Positions 1 through 12,131 of a DNA stretch of 64,000 nt are shown here, piece by piece; position 1 is the first letter of the stretch, and every line of letters begins with the position of its first letter. Made by a program: the position numbers and the translations under genes. Under the pieces are notes generated by a model. That model was not told the origin of the DNA. It saw only the letters and a list, made by a program, of their open reading frames with translations, and made no database searches. This stretch comes from Eledone cirrhosa (Eukaryota): positions 225,556,001 through 225,620,000 of the forward strand of contig OZ024743.1 in the NCBI GenBank assembly GCA_964016885.1, read 5' to 3'.

Positions 1-34
1 AAGTCAAAAGCAGCACTTTTCTGTGAACTGTTAA

Positions 35-250
35 CCATTTAGCATTTAAACTGGCCATATCCGGCCAGAAATCTTTCCCTCTTTCTGTTCAAACAAGCTG
101 TAACCTGCCACTTATACTGATGTTAAGGTATTGTTCTCAAAATAAATAATATCAAAATCTCATAGATTCGATATTATGTGAGATATGCAAGATAAAGCCT
201 TTACCACGAAAATACAATAGTATACATAGAGTAATGTAAATGCTAAAGGA
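35..250 (+). mobile_element. piggyBac-type MITE (family A, ~220 bp)
   Basis: TIR consensus CCCTTTAGCATTTA...TAAATGCTAAAGGG (slightly decayed here), flanked by TTAA at 31-34 and 251-254. About 10 related copies in the window. Confidence 0.8.
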
Positions 251-279
251 TTAAGTTATGATTGCCTTTATAGCTGGAT

Positions 280-610
280 ATTATCATTGGCATCCGTCGG
301 TCTCAAAAGACCATGGATCTGCACCTGGAGAATTTTTCATCAGCTGCTGATGGTGGTGTAGTGTCTGGTGTGGCTGTACAGGCCCATACAGGAGTGGCAG
401 TCCTACATACAGCGATAGCATTTGAAGATGCTCTCCTCCAGTGTTACTGTGTTGTTCTTTTTTTTTTAGGATGCTTTTCCTCGGAGGCAAGTATTCCATT
501 TGATATATGCGGAGTGTACACTATTTTTTTTCCTGGTTGGATTCCTCTCCTGACTAGTTCCTTCCTCAGCTAAAATTCCTTCCCTGGGAGCCGAGTGCCT
601 TCCATTTGAA
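280..610 (-). mobile_element. RTE/BovB-type LINE 3' fragment
   Basis: Minus strand reads as a decayed C-terminal C2H2-like motif (...MGLYSHTRH) followed by an RTE-like 3' UTR (CCATGGTCTTTTGAGACCGACGGATGCCA). Confidence 0.55.
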
Positions 611-651
611 AATCAGTGCTCAACAACATAGAAACTTATGCAAACCCTTAA

Positions 652-873
652 CCCTTTAGCATTTATATTACTCTATATTTACAATTATATTTTCACGGTA
701 AAGGCTTTACCCTCACATAATTATCTCACATAATATTGAATCTATGAAATTTTGATATTATTTATTTTGAGAACAATACCTCAACATTAGTATGAGTGGC
801 AGATTACATCATGTTTGAACAGAAAGATGTGAGAGAAATCTGGCCAGATATGGCCAGTTTAAATGCTAAAGGG
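652..873 (-). mobile_element. piggyBac-type MITE (family A)
   Basis: Inverted copy of 35-250; TTAA at 648-651; CCCTTTAGCATTTA / TAAATGCTAAAGGG termini. Confidence 0.8.
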
Positions 874-1555
874 TAAAGCTTTACTGTATAATTTTTACCA
901 ACAAACCACCCTCTGTTTTTATATGTGTTATTACTCCAAAGTTTTCTCACTTCAAAGTTTCACAAAGAAAATATTTTCCTCGGGTCTTTAATAATCTTTA
1001 TATATTTACACAACTGTCTTACAAACTACTGATAATATTTGAGTTGGGTTGTTTATCGATTGTTAAAATAACCACTTTCACTAAGAGTGCAATTATCAGC
1101 TTTGCTTTCTTTTCTTTCTGTTATTGAGTAAATAGTAAAGCTATCATTCAGAAAGAAAAGATTTTATTTTAACATAAATTCATAATAGGTTAAGTGGTGC
1201 ATATACTAAATCAATGCAGGTAATTGGCTGTCATAAATGTCCAGCACATGTCTATATTTCTCTCTTTATTTTATCAAAGCCAGTATAGTTCTAGACAGGA
1301 GGAAATGTACCTCCATTGGCATAGTTGGTTGTTGTCATTGTGTTGCCCCAGGTAAGTACTGATTCAGCAGGCCTATGATCAAAAGAATTCAAACTGTCAC
1401 CGTCCTGTTATTTTTCTCTTGGGAGGGATGAGGCGGGGATGTAATGCGCCCTTGACTATATAATCCAATGTATCCTTCATTTTTCTATGATGGTAGAGGT
1501 GTGATTTGAGAGCTATTCAGCTGCTATTTCTTGCAAATCAAATGATTATGTAGAG

Positions 1556-1811
1556 TAGTGTTTCCCAACTTTTTCATGTTTTTTAAATATGTTCTCGCAC
1601 CCCTTAAAAAAGCAATAATTTATTTTAGGATAAAGAAGACGAATTATTACTAAATTTGAGCAACAAATTTATATAATCTATTTTTTTAATGATATGTAAA
1701 CAAAAATTAAATATGGAAAAGAAAAAATATTATAAATTAAAATTTGAATAATACTATTGATAAAAAACAAATACTGAAATGTTATCTCACACCTCTGGTT
1801 AGGAAACCCTG
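1556..1811. mobile_element. hAT (Charlie-like) MITE
   Basis: Imperfect TIRs TAGTGTTTCCCAAC / GTTAGGAAACCCTG with a perfect 8-bp TSD ATGTAGAG at 1548-1555 and 1812-1819. Confidence 0.75.
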
Positions 1812-2206
1812 ATGTAGAGGCTCTTCAGAACATAATGAAAGTAAATCCATATCAAAGTTAATGGGTGATGGATTTTAACTTGGGGTGATAGCTAGTTTCA
1901 CATATAGCTACATAAACAATAAGCTCCAACAACATGTAGCACATTTAACCCTTTCATTACCAACCTGCCAAAACTGACTCTGGTTCTATGAAACAAACCA
2001 CCCATTTTAAAGGATTCCTATTTAACTTCTTTAAATCTTCTAACGTAATTTTGTACAACAACCATTTGTTAAGTTACTATCTTAGAAATGAAATAATTTT
2101 AGTAAATCCCTCAAAATTCCTCATTAATTAATTGAAATAGAGTGTATTTCATTAGAAATATGGTCATGAAAATGTTAATAGTTCTATTCAGCGAAGATTG
2201 TCTTCA

Positions 2207-2438
2207 CTCTTTAGCATTTAAACCAGTTGTATCTGGCCAGAATTCTCTCACCTCCTTCTGTTCAAACAGGCCATAACTGGCTGCTCATGCTTATATTAAG
2301 GTATTGTTCTCAAAATAAATAATATCAAAATCTCGTAGATTCGATATTATGTGAGATAATTACGCGAAATAAAGTGTTTACCGTGAAAATACAATAGTAA
2401 ATATAGAGTAATGTAAATGCTAAAGGGTAAAGGGTTAA
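2207..2438 (+). mobile_element. piggyBac-type MITE (family A)
   Basis: Same internal sequence as 35-250, ending TAAATGCTAAAGGG. Confidence 0.75.
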
Positions 2439-3108
2439 ACATGATATCATACGATAAGAGTTGCAACACTCAAACATATTACATAGAAAAGATAATTAAT
2501 AATTTCTTCTTTGATTAGAAAGTTTTTGTTTTTTTAATTTTATTTCCTTGTTATTTCTGAGTTGGCCCACAATGTTCCAAAGTGAAGTAACACAACAATC
2601 AGTCATTGAAACTAGATCAGTGAACTAGGTTACCAGTAGTTTATTTGTGATACTTATATGAGAATGGCAATGCTGCATAGAAGTAAGATTTGGACAGTGT
2701 GCAGAAGACCTACAAATATTAGAAAGCAGGCAGACTAACAGGATAGGTAGATTTGTATGTAGTAGCTATACAGGGATAGCTAGTAGCAAAATCCTCAGTT
2801 GTATATATATATATATATATATATATATGTGAGTCCTGGGTTCAATTGGGGGTAACCACAGTAAGTAAGGTTCTCAATAGATTAGTAGAGTGTCTAAGGC
2901 AAAGTTTCAGAATAAGTATATCACTGTAAACTTTTCCATCAATTTTTTCAAATTTTGGTCTTAAACACTGATTATGCATTAGCAAACATTAAAAATAATA
3001 AAAAATTCTATTTCTTAAAGCTCCTCTCTTAAATATATATACACACATACACACACTATGCTTTCAGGGCAACCTCCTCCACTGTCAATTAACAGTTAGC
3101 AGAATTTA

Positions 3109-3190
3109 TCAACCACTTTTATATCCTTTACTATCCAGCAGTCTAAAGCTTTTGTGATTCTCGTAGCTGGAACCATGATGTAATATCCAC
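3109..3190 (-). CDS. candidate terminal coding exon of an unidentified host gene
   Basis: Acceptor tttcag|G. Phase-compatible with the 4477-4431 exon, giving ...RK-WILHHGSSYENHKSFRLLDSKGYKSG*. No recognised homology. Confidence 0.3.
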
Positions 3191-3754
3191 CTGAAATTTT
3201 GCACTTCAGAAAGACAGAATGAGTGAACAAAAGAATGTGGTAACCTTTAATTGATTGATTGTGCTGTTTATCACTATGAATACACATGCACACGCATGCA
3301 CACACATGTACATACGCACATATACACACACATGAAAACAGAAAAACTAATGAAAAGCATATCACCCTTGATTTATATTACAATAACCAATATTAGATAA
3401 TCTTGCAGCCGTGAAGTTTTGTTTAGCCCAAGGTGAGACCTTAGCGAGAAAGTATTCCAGCTGTGACTATCTTACTATTTTAGAGTTAATGCATAATTAT
3501 TAAAAAAATAGTAAACAATCAGATCCAATGTTGCAGATTTAAACATCAAATTTTATATGTAGACAAATGAAGTGAAGCCACTAAAAACTTAAAGATTATA
3601 TAACAGAGGAATGTGTGATAAGATATCAGTGAATTTGTCAGTCTTAACTAATATCTTCCAGATATTAGTGAGAATGACAAATTACAAGACCAATATGTGC
3701 AAGTATGATAATACAGTAATTTGAATTCCTGCCAATATTTAAACTTAAACTATT

Positions 3755-4080
3755 ATAAAGTAAGAGTGCTATGACAAAATACACCCAGTTCATGCTGTAA
3801 AGTAGTAGTGCTGCTGTCATGATAAAATGGACCCAGTCCATGCTGTAAAGTAGAAGTGCTGCTGTCATGATAAAATGGACCCAGTCCATGCTGTAAAGTA
3901 GTAGTGCTGCTGTCATGATAAAATGGACCCAGTCCATGCTGTAAAGTAGAAGTACTGCCGTCATGATAAAATGCATCCAGTACATACTGTAAAATAGAAG
4001 TACTACTGCCATGTTAAAATGCACCCAATACACTTTGTAAAGTGGTAATGCTGCTGCCATGATAAGATGCACCCTGTACA
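3755..4080. repeat. 48-bp minisatellite (~6-7 copies) inside a decayed SINE
   Basis: Unit ATGCTGTAAAGTAGTAGTGCTGCTGTCATGATAAAATGGACCCAGTCC, followed by a decayed GGAAGGGCATCCAG-type SINE body and a (GAT)n tail at ~4235. Confidence 0.8.
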
Positions 4081-4430
4081 CACAGTAAAGTGAGTAGCAT
4101 TAAGAAAGGTATCTAGATGTAGAAACCATGCCAAACTGGAATGTATGAACAGGTTGAGGTCATCTGACCTGTAATAGACTCAGATCATGACAGCCTAACT
4201 AACCCATTTCAGCATGGAGAATGGGCATATGACAATGATGATGATGATATATATTTCAGTAGTTCCAGGTGGATGAAATTAAGTAAACTAGCAAAATTTA
4301 AAGTCTGAAAAAAATTGAGTTAATAAACTAATTATAGTAAAACTATCAATACAGCTTTCTCTTATCTTGGCCATCTTCACCACATGTTCCCACCAATTAA
4401 TATTTACAATAGCAGAACTTTGGCACTTAC

Positions 4431-4477
4431 TTCCGAATTGCAGACTGCCTGTAGATAAACCATGAGTGAAAAATATC
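4431..4477 (-). CDS. candidate 47-nt internal exon
   Basis: tatacttttag|GATATT...CGGAA|gtaagt; open frame DIFHSWFIYRQSAIR(K). Confidence 0.35.
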
Positions 4478-5513
4478 CTAAAAGTATAGATGTTAAACAT
4501 ACGGTACTGTCCGCTCAACATGAAAACCATTAATAGGTTAACTTTTTCTCACTTGAAACTTTGTTTTACTTTGATTTGATTTATGCCCACAACAGAAAAT
4601 AGATGTAAAAATAGTAAATAGTTATATTGAGTAAGTAAGAATGTAAAGATTTTGAGGGTTACGACCTAACACTTTCCAGTCTACTTTCATTAGAGACATT
4701 ATGTCTATCGACAATAGACATTAAATTGACCTGTGTTATTTGATTTAAATATTAATCCACCTTAAATGCGTTTCTTTTGTCTTAAGTACTTTTTAAAAAA
4801 ATATAGCAGGATCTCTTCACCCCCATTCCTAAATAGTTAGAGATACACTTGTGTGTGGCCCCACTCATCCACATACACGCACCACAGATAGATAGAGAGA
4901 CAGACAGACAGAGTGGAGAGATATAGGAAGGAAGTAAGAAAAGTGAAAGGTTTATATTTCTTGAATGATAAACTTCAAGTAGGAAATATGATTTATTTTT
5001 TTAGAAAAAGAATATAATTAGAATTATCATTTTAAAAACGAAGCCCAATTGTGTCAAGATATGGTAATGTGAAGAAGTACTAATTACTAAATAGGAGACA
5101 ATGCAGCAAAAATGTCATGTCAAGTGGAACATTGTTAACAAGTGACTGCAGGCAAAGAGACAGCAAAGACTTATGATAGTGGCGAGCCCAAAAAGATATA
5201 TCCTCCTCTTATATTTCCTAATCAAATAATCACAACCAAGATAGCCAAATTCTCTGAAAGGAAACATTCAATCAGTGGTTCTCCAACAGGAAACATTTGG
5301 CTGCAAGGGAGTTATTTCAAATCTCAGAAGAGGAATTGGAGAAGAACCAAAAACTGGGAAAGAGAGTGCATTGTGTATGTATCAAATGAAATACCAGTAT
5401 ACTCAAGTATAAGGGTGATCACAAATTAAAAAGTTCACAAAAACTGCTCCTTAAGATTTAATCTTATTTGTGATTATACAATTACTGAGTTTTAAAAATC
5501 TTGCTCATGTTAA

Positions 5514-5722
5514 CCCTTTAGCATTTAAACCAACAGTATTTGGACAGAATTGTCTCACATCTTTCTTTTCAAACCTGACCATAACCTGCCACTCATACCA
5601 ATGTTTGGGTATTGTTCTTAAAATAAATAACACCAAAATCTCATAGATTTGATATTATGTGGGATAAAGCCTTTACTGTGAAAATACATTAGTAAATATA
5701 GAGTAATGTAAATGCTATAGTG
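5514..5722 (+). mobile_element. piggyBac-type MITE (family A)
   Basis: TTAA at 5510-5513 and 5723-5726; family A TIRs. Confidence 0.75.
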
Positions 5723-6077
5723 TTAATATGGTGCTCAGGTGAAAACTTACTAGATGAACCAGAGCATTAAACACTGTAGTCCTAAAAGGATGTGATTGTC
5801 AAAGTTGGGATAGCTATTCTACTTAGTTAAGGCTGACTTGTGACTAAACAATACTACCATCAAGTTAAAGTGTACATCTACATATGTATACGGAAGTACT
5901 AGTATGCATATAAATACACACATGTATACATATGTACATGTACCGAGTTTTTCACTAGACACTTTACAGTGAGTGTCCAGCTAGTCTGTATGTAAACAAA
6001 CAGACGAACCGGGTTTTAAAGTCATACGAGTTTTCAAGGAAACACACTTCCTCTATTCTCCAGAGAGCCAGACAGGA

Positions 6078-6120
6078 ATATTGGACTAGTTTCGATGTTA
6101 TTACATCTCATCAGCAATAT
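6078..6120 (-). ncRNA. type I hammerhead ribozyme, copy 1
   Basis: Minus-strand RNA: AUAUUG-CUGAUGA-GAUGU(AAUA)ACAUC-GAA-ACUAGU-C^CAAUAU. Full catalytic core, 5-bp stem II, palindromic ACUAGU stem III, GUC cleavage between 6084/6083. Confidence 0.88.
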
Positions 6121-6518
6121 ATACCTATCTTCCGGCTTCTCTGGAGTTTTCTATGAAAATCAGTAGTGGGCAGACTAATTTGCATAGAACGTGAGTCATT
6201 GTACGCACCGGTTCAGCGGAAACGATAAAAACAAATAACGAAACGAAATTAAATTTTGTTTCGCTTCTAACTCACTTTTGTATGACTGACGCTTAAACAA
6301 TTAAGTTAAAGTGTACATCTACATATGTATACGGAAGTACTAGTATGCATATAAATACACACATGTATACATATGTACATGTACCGAGTTTTTCACTAGA
6401 CACTTTACAGTGAGTGTCCAGCTAGTCTGTATGTAAACAAACAGACGAACCGGGTTTTAAAGTCATACGAGTTTTCAAGGAAACACACTTCCTCTATTCT
6501 CCAGAGAGCCAGACAGGA

Positions 6519-6561
6519 ATATTGGACTAGTTTCGATGTTATTACATCTCATCAGCAATAT
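6519..6561 (-). ncRNA. type I hammerhead ribozyme, copy 2
   Basis: Identical to copy 1, 441 nt away; cleavage 6525/6524. Confidence 0.88.
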
Positions 6562-6959
6562 ATACCTATCTTCCGGCTTCTCTGGAGTTTTCTATGAAAA
6601 TCAGTAGTGGGCAGACTAATTTGCATAGAACGTGAGTCATTGTACGCACCGGTTCAGCGGAAACGATAAAAACAAATAACGAAACGAAATTAAATTTTGT
6701 TTCGCTTCTAACTCACTTTTGTATGACTGACGCTTAAACAATTAAGTTAAAGTGTACATCTACATATGTATACGGAAGTACTAGTATGCATATAAATACA
6801 CACATGTATACATATGTACATGTACCGAGTTTTTCACTAGACACTTTACAGTGAGTGTCCAGCTAGTCTGTATGTAAACAAACAGACGAACCGGGTTTTA
6901 AAGTCATATGAGTTTTCAAGGAAACACACTTCCTCTATTCTCCAGAGAGCCAGACAGGA

Positions 6960-7002
6960 ATGTTGGACTAGTTTCGATGTTATTACATCTCATCAGCAAT
7001 AT
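6960..7002 (-). ncRNA. type I hammerhead ribozyme, copy 3
   Basis: Intact core; one substitution (6962) creates a mismatch in stem I; cleavage 6966/6965. Confidence 0.82.
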
Positions 7003-8689
7003 ATACCTATCTTCCGGCTTCTCTGGAGAATTCATCATAAAACTGCAACATTTGAGTGGATAAAATTTCAAACAGTTGGTTTATTGGCAATATTTAACCC
7101 TTTGACATCAAACGATCTGAAACTACCCATGCTTCTATGACACAAACCTTCCATCATAATTTTATGTAAGAACTTTTGTTAATTTATATTTCAAAAATAA
7201 AGATATCATAAATAAAGAGAATGTTAATTATATTAATTATAATAAAAATTTCATAAATACAGAGAATGTTAATTATATTACTAAATCCACCCAACTTCTA
7301 CATTACCTTATATACTCAAATATAAGTCGGACATCCCACCCACCCCATTTTATGTCTGAGAAATGAGCAAAAATTTAAACTCTGAAACCACTAATTAACT
7401 AATTATATTTGGATGGCATGGTTTTGAAATTCTCATGAATATAAAATATATCTATGAAGTTTTAATATTTTGATGTTTAAAATGTTTTAAGCATAATTTA
7501 GAATATAGTGTTTGTTTCACAACTTCATTCTGTAACGCTTCTTTTTTTTTTTTGCCATTTTATCTGTTTTATAATGTTTCAACAAGTTTCTCAAATGTTT
7601 GTTTACTTCCTGGCAGTCATATGCTAGGAGTACTTTGAAAGCAAGAGATCAAATAAGAGAACTTTGTATAGGGATTCATAGAGTAGAAGAATGAGGGAGA
7701 GAGAGCAAGTTAAAGAGAGGAGAGGCAGAGCAAGAAAAAGAGTGGACAAGAGGGAGAAGGGACAGAGAGTGAGAGCAATAAAACAAGCCAGAAGTAAGAT
7801 TTCAATCTTGCGTAAGATTGAAAGAAAAAGTATTATTATATCTGAGAAAAACGTGTGTGCATATAGGTATGTGCATGCATATATGTGTATGGAACATTTA
7901 TGTATTAAAAAGTTCAAATTATAAAAGTTTCTTGGCTTATATATGTGTGTATATGATTCTTTCAAAATTAAATCATAGTTTGTATCTGTCATTATAAGTA
8001 TGGTAATGAAAGGTTTAAGAATCTTATCAATGGTTCCATGTAGCTCCACTCAGTCTGAAGATACATATTAAACCTTATCATCTTGTTACCTAGCTTTCAT
8101 TTATCATAAAAACTGTTCAGAAACTTAATAAAATCAAGAAACAGAGAAATCAATTAGTCAATTAGAAGATATTGATCTACACTCAGTTGCTATAACTTTA
8201 TCCCCCATGTGTAGTCATATTTCCCAATAAAATATATGATAATAGTTTACACTCCTTTTTCTCAAATGTTCAATAGATGTTCATAATTGAATGATGATGA
8301 CAATTATAATAGTAGCCTACATTGACCAGCCAATTAAGCCCATAGATTGTGTTTCGATTTACACATCTTCACTGTTGTTATTTTCAATCAATTACAGGGA
8401 CCATATTTCTACAATGAATAGTTATTTGGCTAGAATTCTCTCTGAGGAATCAAAATAAATAATAGACTACGGTTTGTGGCCATATCAAGAGAATCATCTA
8501 ACTAAATAACAGTTCTTATTTAAACGTCATCTAGAAAACTGGAAAGACTCAAGACAGAAGAAATAACTGGAAAATAGCATGTATCTAAGCAATCAGATCA
8601 AATACTTTGAAGAAGGAAAAGAATTCTCTTTAGAGTAATTATAATTCTTCCTGCAAAAATAAGTAATCATCACCATCATCATCATCATG

Positions 8690-8990
8690 GTTTGACTTCA
8701 GTAACAAAGGTTTATGAAGTAGGCGCTGTCCACATTTATTGCAGGTGCTCTGATGGCTGATGAGACCAATATAGGACTGACAGACACAGAGGTAGCAAAA
8801 GAAATGCTGTCCTGCAACCAGTGTTGCTGTGACTCATTTCTTCCCCTGACTCCATTTGCCCTCAATATCAACCCTGTAGGCATTCTTGAAGGTGTATGGT
8901 GTGTCCCATGGTCACATAATTAGAGGCCACCTCAGATTACTTGTAATAGTCAATGTAACACACTTGAAGGGATTTCTTTATAAAGTCCTT
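8690..8990 (-). mobile_element. RTE/BovB-type LINE 3' fragment
   Basis: Minus strand encodes VCQSYIGLISHQSTC (BovB-type C-terminal motif); (GAT)n-like tail at ~8665-8690. Confidence 0.55.
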
Positions 8991-9029
8991 GCACTTTTTT
9001 TTTTTAGTAATATGACTATGATAACACCA

Positions 9030-9320
9030 CTGCTGAGTCACTCCAGATAGAGCTGCTACTTCTCCAAATTGAAAGATCACAGCTCCGATATTATGGACCT
9101 ATGTTTAGAATGTCTCAAGAAAGCATCACCGGACAGATTTTATGAGCAAAACCAACCTGCAGGAGACCGAGAGTTAGACCCTGAGCAAGATGGCTGTATA
9201 ACATCCATCATGTTGACTTGTCTCACTTGGAGATCCAGCCAGATCAATTGGAGATGGTTATTTCTGACAGGACCAGCTCCTAAAACTCTCACAGGAATAA
9301 GTGGGCAACAAAGAAGACTA
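9030..9320 (+). mobile_element. RTE-clade LINE 3' fragment (family B)
   Basis: Decayed RRPRGRP..W.DNI..L.W C-terminus. Related copies at 25060-25960, 37610-38400, 53040-53330, 59380-59690 and 60020-60180. Confidence 0.6.
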
Positions 9321-9824
9321 TAATAAACAGACAGACAAGTATTTACTCTTATAAGAGTAAATCTTATTATTTTTATAAAAGTACAAATTATCAATATTAT
9401 TTCCCCTTCCCCCATAATGTGCCTAAATAAGAAATCATTATTGAAGAACAGAACCATTTTGTATTAAATACAGAACCTGAACCATCATGACTACTTACCA
9501 AAAACACAAATAGAATTTTAGTATAGCTAGTTGTCAGTTGGAGAAGTTCAGTACATCATCCTCAGAGATGTTTCTGGGTAAAATTCATAACTGATCTAAA
9601 AGACATTTAGGAAAATGTCAACCTGACTTAGATGGACAAATGATGAGCTTTCATGTGATTAACTTGTTCATAATGGTTTAAATAGACAAATTCCAATCCA
9701 TTGCAAGAATAAGACAAAAAAAAAACATAGGTAAAAAACAGCAAATATAATAAAGAAGTGCTCACTTTCAACTAGAAGATAAAATATACCAACAGTTGAA
9801 AGACTTAACTACATTGACTGTAGT

Positions 9825-10140
9825 GAAGGTGCATGGCTTGGTGGTTAAGGTACTCAACTCACAATTGTAAGGTGATGAGCTCAATCACTAGAGGAACATT
9901 GTGTCCTTGAGTAAGACATTTTATTTCACATTGTTCCAGTCCACTCAGCTAGAAATGAATTCGTAGTACATGTCACACACTGTGTCTTGCTGAAACTCCC
10001 TGAAAACTATATTAAGGATACACATGTCCGAGGAATGTTCAGCCACCGGAAGGCTGTTCTATTTTTCAAATACCTGGAAGGCTGTTCTATTTTTCAAATA
10101 ACTGGGACACTCATTGTTGAAATGATAGAGGTCCAACAAC
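9825..10140 (+). mobile_element. tRNA-derived SINE (family 2)
   Basis: Decayed A-box (TGGCTTGGTGGTTAAGG) and B-box, then TGTGTCCTTGAGTAAGACA body. Related copies at 34690-35010, 49100-49190 and 55600-55720. Confidence 0.6.
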
Positions 10141-10341
10141 TGTTTTTCTAGGATGCTAGAGTTTTTACCTTTTGTTCAGATACATGCAATTTCAAGAATT
10201 AAGAATGGTGGTAGTGATGTTAATGACAGTTTCACTAAAAGCTCCATCTGCAGGCTCTTAAAGGGATTATTTCTTAACTATAAACGATAATGATATCAAT
10301 GGCAGCAGCAATTAAAATAATAATAATAATAATAATAATAA

Positions 10342-11150
10342 GAGATCCACAGACATGGAATTGGTTGAAAAGAGGAGACCTTAAAAAGGCTACAGAAGGA
10401 ATGTTAATGGCTGCGCAGGAGCAGGTCCTCAAAACGAAGTGGTTGAAACACCATATTTACAAGGAGGAGGCTAGCCCACTGTGCAGGATCTGTGGAGAGA
10501 GAGAGGAGACTGTGGCTCACATTGTATCCGAGTGTAAACACCTAGCCCAGACCCACTATAAGGGCTGGAGACATGATGTGATGGGCAGGGTGATCCACTG
10601 GCACCTGTGCAAAGTAAACAATTTACCACATTCTGAGAAATGGTATGAGCATAAGCCAGAGGCGGTGATAGAGAACAATCAGGTGAAGGTGCTGTGGTAT
10701 TTTAGGATACAGACGGACAAGAAACTGGAACACAATAGACCTGACCTGGTGGTTGTGGACAAAGAAAAAAGATTGTGCCTGATTGTGGATGTGGCCTGCC
10801 CATTCGACACGAGAGTGCAAGAGAAGGAGAGGGAGAAAATTAACCGATACCAGGACTTAAAGTGGGAGGTAAAAAGGATTTGGAACTGCCATGAAGTCAA
10901 AGTGATCCCGATTGTCATAGGCGCACTAGGGACTATCTCAAAAGGTTTCCAGGGATGGTTAAAGAAAATTGGCCCCTTCACGCTTTTTGGAACGCTTCAA
11001 AGGCATGCTTGCTGGGAACAGCAAGAACCCTCCGATACGTCCCGAATATCTGAGGCTGCAGGTAGTGGCTTGATATTCATTCCAACAAACTTTCCAGTTA
11101 ACTAACCAATGACTGAGACTCAAGGAGTAATAACAAATATAATAATAATA
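10342..11150 (+). mobile_element. R4/Dong-clade non-LTR retrotransposon, 5'-truncated (CCHC knuckle + restriction-like endonuclease)
   Basis: ORF 10290-11105 has CRICG..EETVAHIVSEC, RHD, RPDLVVVD..IVDV and K..RY motifs. Both ends abut (TAA)n. Confidence 0.85.
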
Positions 11151-12131
11151 ATAATAATGGTGAAGATGATGATGATGCTTGAGGAGGGTATGTAACAAAA
11201 AAGATGATGACGATTACGTCAATAAAATGAAAACAACAGTGATGACAATGGTGATGATGGGGACGTTGTGTAATCAATACTGTAACTAAGGAGTGTTTTG
11301 ACTAAAAAAAAAAAAATTAATCAAGGTCAAGTCAATAAAAAAAAATAAAAAAAAAGCAAAGATGCCAAACAAAAGAAGATTAATATCATCAGCTCCTTCA
11401 CTCCATCAGTGAGAGATCAGAAAAGTTTGCTGATTTTAAACTAATCTCTATAGATTGCTGAGTACCAGTTGACAGTCAGTCAGTCGGTTAAGTTAAGAGA
11501 GAGAAGACTGATTTCAACTATAATATAACTATAATATAAACATATGTGTAGGCATGGCTGCTTGGTTAAGGAGTTTGATTTGTAATCATATGATTTGGGG
11601 TTCAGTCACACAGTGTGGCACTTAGGGAAAGTATTTGCTACTATCACCATCATCATCCTTTTTACATCCATTTTTCCACACTTGCCTGGGTTAAATGGGT
11701 CCTTTTCAGCACAGCAGCTGTCCACATGCCACAATTCGTCATCTCCACTGTGAGTTTGAATGATTTGAGATCAGCTCTCACCACCTCTGCCCAAGTCTTC
11801 CTTAGCATTCCTCTACTACTACTACTAAATACATATATATATATAGTAATAATAATAAATGTGAAGATCCCGTTAAGGGTGAAAGCAGCGATTCTTTGCT
11901 TAAACTTTAATCTGTTATTTTAATAAATATATATATATCAGAGAGGGTGTGGTAAGATACCAGTTGGACCATAACCCACCAGAGTACTCGATACTTGGGT
12001 TAGTAGAATGGGTAATATGAAAAGATTCAGGACCCCGACGGCTGAACTCCGGCCATTTCGATAGCTAGAACTGAACTGTTCGGATATAGCTGTCGTAATG
12101 GCCAGAGCTCAGCTGTCAGGATCCTGAATCT

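Larger units (their letters stand above)
5862..7028 (-). mobile_element. 441-bp tandem array (2.65 units) with hammerhead ribozymes; non-LTR retrozyme / Penelope-type pLTR array
   Basis: Units start at 5862, 6303 and 6744. Copies 1 and 2 appear identical; copy 3 differs at ~6909 and 6962. Each unit contains a type I hammerhead; no long ORF. Confidence 0.85.

Noticed and set aside
5862-7028. CRISPR-like or plain satellite interpretation of the tandem array
   Set aside because: No unique spacers and a eukaryotic context; the intact hammerhead in every unit explains it better.
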